Assembly (NCBI GenBank): GCA_963668025.2
Contig: CAXXTH010000019.1
Location: 96,001 to 160,000 of the forward strand
Source of the DNA: Candidatus Hydrogenedentota bacterium
GTDB lineage: Bacteria; Hydrogenedentota; Hydrogenedentia; Hydrogenedentales; SLHB01
Direction of reading: 5' to 3'
DNA length: 64,000 nucleotides
Made by a program: the position numbers and the translations under genes. The notes beneath the pieces were generated by a model. That model ran no database searches. It worked only from the letters and a program-made list of their open reading frames with translations, and had not been told where the DNA came from. Of this stretch, positions 37,120 through 46,031 are shown piece after piece. Every line of letters starts with the position of its first letter. Positions within the stretch are counted from its first letter, which is position 1.

Positions 37120-37770
37120 CTAACGCAAGACGTCAAATTCGTCACCCGTCGGCAAATACCGCAGGCGAATGCCCTTCATTTTACCAATGGTCTCGATATA
37201 CTTGAGCCCAAAGAACTCTTCATTTTCCATAACTTGTTTGCGTTCCGTCCTATCTTCATCGGGCAAATAGACTTCGACAATCACCATCGCTTTATTGGTA
37301 TTTGTATCCGTGGTGAAGCCTTTGATGAAAACTTGTGGCTTGCTCTTCTCCAATTTTGCCCGTTCCCGATAGGATTCAATACGCGTGTCGTCAGGCACAA
37401 ACGCTTCTAGGGCGTCACACATTTTAAGGACGGCATTCCAATCATTGGGCTGGTTAGTGGTTTCCGCAGTGGTTTTGGCGGTTTTCAACAACTCCCGCAC
37501 ATCACTGGTAATCATGGTCTTCGCCGTAGCGCCGTTCGGCTCGGGATTCAATTTAGAGACGATTTCATTGACTTTTTGCTGCACTTCTTCCTTTGTAGCT
37601 GGCACGCCCGGCGTCAAGATGGCCGTTAGCGTGTTCAATGCCTCGCTACGCAATTGTTCCGCGCTGGGCGGAGGAGGCGGCGGAGCCTCGACCGGCTTTG
37701 GGGGTTCTTTTTCTTTGCATGCGGCACATGCCACTGCTAAGATGAAGATGAGAATGGTCGCTCGTTTCAT
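37120..37770 (-). CDS. Hypothetical lipoprotein
   Basis: Lipobox CAAC; C-terminus IETIGKMKGIRLRYLPTGDEFDVLR. Confidence 0.8.
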   Translation of the reverse strand: MKRATILIFILAVACAACKEKEPPKPVEAPPPPPPSAEQLRSEALNTLTAILTPGVPATKEEVQQKVNEIVSKLNPEPNGATAKTMITSDVRELLKTAKTTAETTNQPNDWNAVLKMCDALEAFVPDDTRIESYRERAKLEKSKPQVFIKGFTTDTNTNKAMVIVEVYLPDEDRTERKQVMENEEFFGLKYIETIGKMKGIRLRYLPTGDEFDVLR

Positions 37771-38366
37771 GCTGCTCCCCTCAATATACGCTCATGTATG
37801 CATGATTCCCGCCGCAAAGCCCACTCCGCGGCCTTTTTGTCAACCAATTATAGTCAAAAAAAACGTGTAAGAGCAAGGGAATATCACAAGGTTTTATGGT
37901 AAATCACACCCGCTGTCGAAATAAGGAGGGATTGATGGCTCGTAATCGGCGCTTCCACAAATACCACGCATGTCTTCGCGGATTGCCTGAACAATAGAAA
38001 CAAGAACCCAGACTATTTCCATACACCCAAAGCGGCAGCGGGCTTCCGAACTCCAAACTATTTGACATGAAAAGACTTAGAGCGAATGTTTGGCGAGATC
38101 GATTGCTGCCGCTTTCATGTTCTTTTTCGCACTACTACCTGTCAGGATGTCGTTTTCTTGCGAAGATTCTTCATGCAAATCCAGTCGCATCACATGGGCG
38201 GGACGCCCATGCTACGGGAGATGCAAAAACATTTTAGAGGATATATTGGCGTTCATTCGCGTCCATTCGCGGTTAAAAGCAAGCCGTTTGGTTGCGGCCA
38301 TGCCGCGTTACGTATTTCGCTGTTGTTTCCCGTTTTTGGCTTGCTCGCTCCATTTTCGAAAATCCT

Positions 38367-40737
38367 TTAATGGAGGCGTGTAATCCCCTCGCCGCAGCTT
38401 GGCAGCACTTCCCGGAACTCGGCCGGGCCAAGGGCGAAGACCACAAAACCGCCCACGCCCGCATCGCGCGCGGCGCGCACCTGTTCGACAAGGCGCACGG
38501 CGTCCCCCGGCTCCGGCCATACACTGATGCCAATGCCGGGATACAAAGCGGCCTTGCCCACCCATGCCTTCTGCTTCCGCACCTGCGTGGCGAATTGGGG
38601 CGTATAGGGCGTGTAGTCCATGGGACAGGCGAAATCGAGATATCCCTGTTCACACCAGGCTTTCCAGTCCTGCCCGAGCGTGTCGCGGTCCACGGGCCAA
38701 TTGGTGAACAGGGCGGCGGACACCTGGATGCCGGGGCGGGCCTTGCGCGCACCCTCACTTGCGGCGGCCACGACCTTCGTTATGGCTGCGCGGCGGAATT
38801 CTAGCCATTTTGGGGCCAGCGCCGGATCGGTGCGAACATCTCCGGGCCAATGAGCTACCTTTTTACCGATGCGCTCCTCGAAGCGTTTGCGGCAGCCAGC
38901 ACAGAAGCAGGTGTCGGCGTTTTCGTAGCGGATATAGTCGAAATGGACGCCATCCAGCTCGTATTTCCGGGCGAGTTCGAGCATCACGCCGATCTCGATC
39001 TGCTGGTTCGCGGGATTTGTGGGGCAAAGCCATTGCGATTGGACCGAGCCGTCGTAGCGCACGGCGAGGCGGCCTTCGCGCTTCATGCGTTCGAGGAAGG
39101 AGGCTGGGGCGTCATTGTCCAGCTTCCAGCAGATTTTCCAGGCATGGCATTTGACGCCATACTGTTTGCATGCCGCCACGCAGGCCGCCACTGGATCGCC
39201 CTTGGTCCGCACTTCATCCGATACGGGCAGCACTTCACTCGGATAATACGCCACGCCGCCGGAGGCCATTCGAGGAAACACGGCGTTGAAGCCATTGGCC
39301 GCGAGTACGCGGATGGTCTCATCCCAATCTTTTCCCGGTGCGCCCCAGGCGTCGTTTATCCAAAAACCACGAAACTCACCCGGTTTGGAGGATTGGGCGG
39401 CGCAATAAGCCCGGGCCAAGGCGTCTTGGGCCTGTGCGGCGGCTGTGATGGCATCGGCATATTGCTCTTTCTTCAACATATCTTGCGCGCGCATGCGCTG
39501 TTCGGCGGCTTGGGCGAGATGGGCGGTGGCGCGCTCGTTCGCCTGGGCTTTGATGGCGCTCTGGGCGGCTTCAAAGGAAGTATACGGTCCCACGTTTCCG
39601 ATGCGGCCGACATTCCGTGATGCGGTCTCGCGTATGGCGTTGGGGATAAACTTGCCCAGCATGCCCAGCATGAGCCGTTGCTTGCCCGCCCAGTCGTCGC
39701 GCAAGAGGACATGAGTCATGAAGACGCCTTGGGTGGAGGCCAATATGGCCGCTTGGCCGGAATCGGCGCCCGCGGCGTCATGCCATTCCGCCGCCACTTC
39801 GCTTTTGCCTTTCACCGGCGTGGCGCGGCGGATGTTCCAGGAGGCTTGGCTGAGGGTGTCCGGGGCGCAAGGCAGCCCCGCGCTTGTTTTATGAATTTGG
39901 GCGAACTGCCCCGGCGATTGTTCCGCCATGAATCCGCCCATCTCGAATCCGAGGCGGCTGGCCAGCGATTGGGGTAAATCATAGAACGCCACAATGCCGC
40001 CGCCCGCATCGGCATGGCGGATGAGCGCGGCGGACGCCTGGGCGGGCAAATCGCCGTTGTAGGGCAGAATCACCACGCGGACGCCTTTTAGGCGGGCGGA
40101 TGACAAATCGGATTCCTGTACAATCATGGGAGGCAGCCCCAGCGCATCCAAGGCGGCGTCCACATTCTTCGCGTACTGGAGGGCGCTTGCATCGCCGCTC
40201 AGCGCGAGGACGATATCTGGCCGGGCTGGGCGGGCCTGCATATCCGCGAGATAAAACGAAGTATCGGAATCGATTCCCTTCCACGCCGCGATGCGGATGC
40301 GGTCGATCTTGCCCCAATCAATGACTACATCGGACACGGCCATGTCCATTTTCGAGACGGATACGAACGCCCAATCGCCGCCTTGGTCCGCGATGAGGTT
40401 CGTGAAGTTCGCGGAACGCCATGCGCCCTGGCTGCCGAAATACAAGGTGAATCCGCCGATGGGAGACATGTCAGGGCAATAAAAAGCGAATTGGACGCCG
40501 CGCCCCGTGCGCAAATCGAGCGATACAGGCAGATCCCAAGCGGCGCGGTCGGCGGTCGAGGATGAAAACGTACACGGAAATTGGAGGGCCCTCACGGCCT
40601 TGAATGGTCGCACGCGACACGGCAGGGCTGCCGCCCACCGGCGACCACGCGGCGGGATCATCGCCCAGGGCGTGGGCAAGGCAGGGGCACAAGGATAAGG
40701 CAAGATAAAGAAGGATGCGGGGAATAGCGGTCTGCAT
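38367..40737 (-). pseudogene. Secreted GHL10/UPF0748 (YddW-like) glycoside hydrolase, frameshifted near 40590
   Basis: EFRGFW, GFNAVF, WLCPTNP, DGVHFDYIRY, QDW, CPMDY motifs; the signal peptide MQTAIPRILLYLAL lies in a different frame from the body. Confidence 0.75.
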
Positions 40738-40798
40738 GGCGGCAATTTCCTTCCGTTGTAGTCCGAGCCAGCGTCCAAGCGGATAAGGATATACGGCT

Positions 40799-41359
40799 TC
40801 ACCCGTTTCCAGGCTCGTGATCATCAGTATCAGATTCCGTTGTGTCCGGTTGCCAGTTTCGAAAACCGACAAGTTTCAAATATGGTCTCTCAGTTCCGTC
40901 GGGAAGCACGTGAAGGAATCTCGTCCCTCTCCTGACGTACTCATCGTCACAACATTTGCACCAGTAACGATATTGTCCCCATTTTTCGCGACCATAGATC
41001 CGCCCCACTACCCAAGCATAATCATTTATGCTACAGCATTGTCCTCCTCTGCACGGTGGAAAAGGATAGAAGAGCAGAAGAGGTCCAAGTTTAAGCGCCC
41101 ACACCAGCAACAATACGATGACTATCAGCGATGGAACGCCAATCCATAGGCTAAGGCCGATTTCGTCGTTGAGATGCGAAGCTAGTGCGAGGGAAATACT
41201 GTATAGGAAGATTACGAAAATGAATCTACCAGGCCATCTAATTTGACCAACAAATAGATCAGCCAAAAAGACGGCCCACCCCCATCGCCCAACAATGAGT
41301 CCTTCAAAAAGTGATATTTTCACGCGATCCTCCAATAAAACCAGTCTAGCTACACGCAT
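40799..41359 (-). CDS. Membrane protein with Cys-rich C-terminus, possible immunity protein
   Basis: Several TM segments; PPCRGGQCC..CKCC; lower GC; start overlaps the stop of an upstream toxin-tip-like fragment. Confidence 0.5.
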   Translation of the reverse strand: MRVARLVLLEDRVKISLFEGLIVGRWGWAVFLADLFVGQIRWPGRFIFVIFLYSISLALASHLNDEIGLSLWIGVPSLIVIVLLLVWALKLGPLLLFYPFPPCRGGQCCSINDYAWVVGRIYGREKWGQYRYWCKCCDDEYVRRGTRFLHVLPDGTERPYLKLVGFRNWQPDTTESDTDDHEPGNG

Positions 41360-41830
41360 CTCCGAAACCAACACTGCTGGAGATCACACTTCCCGACGCA
41401 GACAGCACATTGGGTCCAGTCTTCATAGCTGCAGAGATATTCCCACCAATTCCCCCCAACTTAGGGTCGGGCTTCCACACTTGACCCAAATCGCGAAAAG
41501 GATTCCAGGCCGCCCAACCGGGGATAGGCTGATTCTCGGGCAAACTTAAGCGGGAAGCCAATCCATGCGCACAGGTCCAGCAATCGCGGCACTACCGACG
41601 AAGGCACCAATATTATATCTTATGTTTTTCAGGAGAATGATCATTCCTTAAACTCCAGAACATCAAAAACACGCCTGCGGCAGCCGCAACGAATAACCCT
41701 CCAGTAACCACGGCAGCGGGAACCCCGAATACCACAGCACCTGTTGCAGCCCCTACGAAAATGATCGCTCCTGCTGCCCCGTCTAGAGCCCCTCCTGCGA
41801 CCCCCTGCAAATCTCTTTACCCAACACCCG
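41346..41830 (-). pseudogene. Fragments resembling RHS/polymorphic-toxin C-terminal regions
   Basis: Gly/Ala-rich hydrophobic pieces (GVAGGALDGAAGA; NIGAFVGSAAIAG) in broken frames. Confidence 0.35.
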
Positions 41831-41918
41831 ATTTAGAACAAAGCTGAATAGGGAGTTCAGGATGGCTTATACGCCTCACTAAACGTTACACATAATGCTT
41901 AATAAAATCCGCACACCC

Positions 41919-42000
41919 AAAGCGGCAGCAAGCTGCCGCACTCCATATAGCGAAATATACGTTAATACCCATATGGAGTGCGGTAGCTTGCTACCGCTTT
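41919..42000. repeat. REP doublet (REPIN-like), inverted relative to 16030-16114
   Basis: AAAGCGGCAGCAAGCTGCCGCACTCCA ... TGGAGTGCGGTAGCTTGCTACCGCTTT. Confidence 0.85.
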
Positions 42001-42091
42001 TTTGTTCTCTTTCGCATACATCATCTGTTTTTTCATCATCAGGCTTGTTAGCGCTGTTATGTCAAAAAGTTTCTGGAAGGGGGTCCGGGGG

Positions 42092-43437
42092 CATAAGCGC
42101 TAACCTTATTTGATGTCTCCTGACGAATCTTCTATACTGGGTGCATGGAAGCAGCGTGGAATGAGAATTGGCAGTGTTTACAGCGTTTTCTCCCTGCTGG
42201 ATGGGAGGACAAGGCTCGTGAATTGGGCGCGTGGCACCGCAAGCCTCGTTCTATATCGTCGACGGAATCGCTCCTGCGCTTGCTGTTGATCCATTTGGCG
42301 GATGGGTGTTCTCTGCGTGAGGCTGTCGTTCGTGCTCGAGAAGGGAATGTGGCGTCCGTGTCGGATGTGGCACTTCTTAAGCGGTTGCGTGCTTCGGGGG
42401 AATGGCTGCGGTGGATGGCCGTAGAGATACTTCAACGTCGCGCGGGACCGTGCGTTCGGCCTGCATGGCTGGAGTATTACCGTGTTCGCGTCGTGGATGC
42501 GAGCGTTGTCTGCGAACCGGGAAGCACGGGAACGGACTGGCGCGTTCACTACAGCCTATGTTTATACGGTCTTCAATGCGATGAGTTTCATATTACCGGC
42601 CCGAAGGTTGGAGAGAGTTTCGCGCGATTCCGAGTCTCGCCTGGCGACCTATTGCTCGGAGATCGTGCTTATGGGCATCTCAAAGGTTTTCGTTATGTGC
42701 TCGGCCATAACGGGAACTTTCTGACGCGTCTTAAGAATAAAGCCTTCAGTCTTCGGAATGGCGCAGGGAACACCTGTCCACTGGCTGGATTGGTGGCGTC
42801 TCTAGAGGTAGGGGAAGTGGGTGATTGGGCCCTGATTGGCCAGGCAAAGGGGCAGGAGGAGCTGGCGCTACGGATCTGTGCGCTGCGTTTGAGCGAGGAA
42901 GCCGCCGCGCAAAGCATCCGCCGGGCGAAGAAAGAGCTAAGCAAGAAGCAACGGAGTCTGGATCCCGAAACGCTTGTGCTGCATCGCTACGTCATACTGG
43001 CCACATCCTTGCCGGATTCAATATCGCCGCACCAGGTTATCGAGTTGTACCGGGCGCGCTGGCAGGTGGAGTTGGCCTTCAAACGGATGAAGTCGATTAT
43101 GGGATTGGGACACTTGCCAAAGGAAGACGAGGAGTCGGCCAAGGCTTGGCTCCACGGCAAAATGCTTGTCTCCTGCCTTGCCCAGGCCATTGTTGATGAG
43201 GGGCGCTTTTTTTCCCCCTGGGGATATCCACTGTGACGATATCTACCGCGAGGCCTCCTTGTGGCGCGAACTCTCTTTCGCCTTGCACCTCCTTCGCCAA
43301 GCGGTCAATCCGACGCTTGGATTATCCGAATGCATCAGCCAGTGGCGGGAAATCGCGAGAGATCTGGCAGAGCCCCCAAGGAAGCGAATGCAACAGTTGC
43401 GTGGTTTGATGGAGGCAATATAAGGTTAGCGCTTATG
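42092..43437 (+). mobile_element. IS4-family insertion sequence (1346 bp)
   Basis: Perfect 18-bp TIR CATAAGCGCTAACCTTAT; 11-bp target duplication GGGTCCGGGGG at 42081-42091 and 43438-43448. Confidence 0.93.
42145..43236 (+). CDS. IS4-family transposase
   Basis: VVDAS, LGDRAY, YRARWQVELAFKRMKS (YREK motif). Confidence 0.93.
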   Translation: MEAAWNENWQCLQRFLPAGWEDKARELGAWHRKPRSISSTESLLRLLLIHLADGCSLREAVVRAREGNVASVSDVALLKRLRASGEWLRWMAVEILQRRAGPCVRPAWLEYYRVRVVDASVVCEPGSTGTDWRVHYSLCLYGLQCDEFHITGPKVGESFARFRVSPGDLLLGDRAYGHLKGFRYVLGHNGNFLTRLKNKAFSLRNGAGNTCPLAGLVASLEVGEVGDWALIGQAKGQEELALRICALRLSEEAAAQSIRRAKKELSKKQRSLDPETLVLHRYVILATSLPDSISPHQVIELYRARWQVELAFKRMKSIMGLGHLPKEDEESAKAWLHGKMLVSCLAQAIVDEGRFFSPWGYPL

Positions 43438-43486
43438 GGGTCCGGGGGAAACCTCTTTTCAAAGAGGTTTCCCCCGGTATGCACAA

Positions 43487-45883
43487 TCATTCCTTGTCTT
43501 TATTTTTGTCTTTGTCTTTACCGAGCAGTTTTTTGAACCACCCTTTTTTCTCTTCCTTTTGTTTTTCAGGAGCGGCGGCTGGCTCGGCGGGGGGAGCGGG
43601 CTGCGGCTCGGGCGCGGGGGCTGGTTCGACCACGGGCGGCGGCGGCGCGGGCACTTCTTCCTCCTTCACGATGCGGAGGTTTTGGTTGACCTTGATGATA
43701 TCGCCCTTGATGCTATTCCAAGTGCGCAGGTCGGCCACGGCCACTTGATATTTCTTGGCGATATTCGAGAGGGTATCGCCCGATTTGACGATATGTTGAA
43801 TCTCGACCGTTTGCTTGATCATGGCGGGGGGAGCGGGAGGCGTCTGCGCGACGGCCACGGCGGGCGCAGGGACCGGTTGCGGAGCGGGCTGCGCCGCCAG
43901 GGCGGGAGCCGCCGCTGGCGCTTCGGCAGGCGCGGGAGCAGGTTCTGCTGCTTTTTCCGGCTCCACTTGCTCTTCAGCGGGAGCAGGCGCTTCGTTCTTT
44001 TTGTTGTTCCGCTTGGCCATCTGCATGGCGGCAGGCGCTTTCGGGGCGATCTGCAAGACTTCGCCCTTCTCGGCATGCCAAATAGTGGTGTTGCCGCTGG
44101 CGTTCATGGCCGCCGTGCTGGCTTCCGATGCGCCGGGGAAAAGGGCCACGCCTTCCGCGATTTCTGAGGTCTGCCCGCGCTGGGCGGACACGAGCCACGC
44201 ACCTGGGGCGGCCTCGAAGGCCAGCGGGCGCGCCACAAAGTGGCCGCTGGGATGCGTGGCGGCGAGTTGTTTGCGCAGGGCCGCGCCGCATTCGCCTTGC
44301 ACCTCGACGGGGCCGCCGTAGAACAACATGGCGGTCAGGAGGGCGTCATCGAGCTTACCGGCCTTCGCCGCATCGAAGGCCACGGGGCCGCAGGTGACGC
44401 CGTATTCCTCGAAGCGGCTGGTGCTGCTCGAGGCCGCGAGCCACGTGTTGAGGTCGGCGGGCAGCGTGGCGAGGGGCGACGGCAAGACGGGTACGCCGGG
44501 AAACGCTTCGGCCATTAGCAGGAACGCGCAGGCATCGGCCTGGACGCGGGTGGCGTTAAATTGTTTGAGGGCTTCATCGGGCATGCTGGTGGGCGCGACC
44601 ACAAAGAACTCGTAGCCCCATTTGCCCATCTTCTCACGCAACTGCGCGGCCCACGCCTTGCGCCCGGCTTCATTCGTGGGATCGAGCCACGTCTGGCCAT
44701 CGGCCGTTTTTGCTGACCATTCCGGGCTGCCGCCTTGAATCGCCAGCGGGTCAATGCTCAATCCGGGTTTCATGTCCATACCCAAAAGGGACGATGCCAG
44801 GGAGCCCATGTCGTGCGGGTAATTCGGGCGCGAGCCTTCGAGCGAACCGGGCATGCTTTGCCAATTCGGCGGCACGAGGATGCAGTCAATGCCCGAGCCG
44901 GACCAGGAGCCCGCCACGCCCGTCACATCGGTGCTCGATGCCCCGTCGGACGCAGTGGCCCATGCCTCAGGCATGCGCTTGCCGTAGTTCGCCTTAGGCC
45001 GCAGGCTATGGGTCCAGGCGTATAATTGGTCCACATCCGCCGCCTTAGGTACGGAAGTGAGGAGCCACATCGGATCGCTCGAGAGGGATTGCCCCGGTTC
45101 GAGCTTGATGGCAGGAGAGAACACGGAAGACACCACCGCCTGCCATGACGCACCGCTGGGCTGGATGTTCATCGAGAAATCGGCCTGGCGCATGGACAAG
45201 TTGCCCATCGCCAGCGTGAAGCCATGGGCGGCGTCTTGGAACACAGCCATGGTCGCGCCGCCTCCGCCCGCGGGCACGAGGTAGGGGCCGCGCGCTTTAA
45301 GGTTGCGCTGGCCCACGACCGTCGAGGCGCTCAGTCCAGTAATAGTAAACCAGCCCGGATCAATGCGCGCCACCTCGATGGGTGCGGCGGAACGGTTCAC
45401 CACCTCGACACGCAGTAAATAGAAGGGGCGTTCCTTTGGCACATTCAGCGTAAAGCGGAAGGCCAGCCCGTTCATCGGCTCGCTATCGACGGTATAGACC
45501 ATGCCTTCGCCATAGTCTTCGCTGAAGCGTTTCACGAGGCCCGAACCGTGGCGGATATCGTCCGCACTGATCACCGTGCCATCGGCAAGATAGGCCTTGG
45601 CCGTAGCGGTATCCACGACGGTGCCGATGCCTTCGCACTCAAGCCGCCATTCGCCATTATCGGCGGCCATGATTAAGGAGGCCTTGTCGGATGTAATGGT
45701 GTAATGCTCACGGAGCGTCCATGGCAGTCTCCTATTTGGATCCGCATCGGCCTCCTCGTTTGAGGCCTTTGCTTTTGCCTTTTTGGTTGTCTTGCCTGCC
45801 GCCGCGGCGGTATCCACGGGCGCTGCCGCCCAAAGCCCGGCTAAAAAGACGATTAACATCAATCGAAACACGCGTGCGCTCAT
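43487..45883 (-). CDS. Secreted protein with a GH36/GH27-like fold and C-terminal LysM domain
   Basis: Signal peptide; NYPHDMGSLA..MKPGL..LDPTN..WGYEFF pattern; Pro/Ala linker; LysM HIVKSGDTLSNIAKKYQVAVADLRTWN. Confidence 0.8.
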   Translation of the reverse strand: MSARVFRLMLIVFLAGLWAAAPVDTAAAAGKTTKKAKAKASNEEADADPNRRLPWTLREHYTITSDKASLIMAADNGEWRLECEGIGTVVDTATAKAYLADGTVISADDIRHGSGLVKRFSEDYGEGMVYTVDSEPMNGLAFRFTLNVPKERPFYLLRVEVVNRSAAPIEVARIDPGWFTITGLSASTVVGQRNLKARGPYLVPAGGGGATMAVFQDAAHGFTLAMGNLSMRQADFSMNIQPSGASWQAVVSSVFSPAIKLEPGQSLSSDPMWLLTSVPKAADVDQLYAWTHSLRPKANYGKRMPEAWATASDGASSTDVTGVAGSWSGSGIDCILVPPNWQSMPGSLEGSRPNYPHDMGSLASSLLGMDMKPGLSIDPLAIQGGSPEWSAKTADGQTWLDPTNEAGRKAWAAQLREKMGKWGYEFFVVAPTSMPDEALKQFNATRVQADACAFLLMAEAFPGVPVLPSPLATLPADLNTWLAASSSTSRFEEYGVTCGPVAFDAAKAGKLDDALLTAMLFYGGPVEVQGECGAALRKQLAATHPSGHFVARPLAFEAAPGAWLVSAQRGQTSEIAEGVALFPGASEASTAAMNASGNTTIWHAEKGEVLQIAPKAPAAMQMAKRNNKKNEAPAPAEEQVEPEKAAEPAPAPAEAPAAAPALAAQPAPQPVPAPAVAVAQTPPAPPAMIKQTVEIQHIVKSGDTLSNIAKKYQVAVADLRTWNSIKGDIIKVNQNLRIVKEEEVPAPPPPVVEPAPAPEPQPAPPAEPAAAPEKQKEEKKGWFKKLLGKDKDKNKDKE

Positions 45884-46031
45884 CCTTACTCTCCAAACCA
45901 TGTCTCTTATCTCTCCCGGACCACGCCAGCGCGGCCCCCTAAAGCATCAAGGAAGTATAACACGGACGCCCCAAGGGCTTGATAACGCCAAGACTCGGGA
46001 ACGGCGCTTCAAAATAGGGAATATATGTAAA

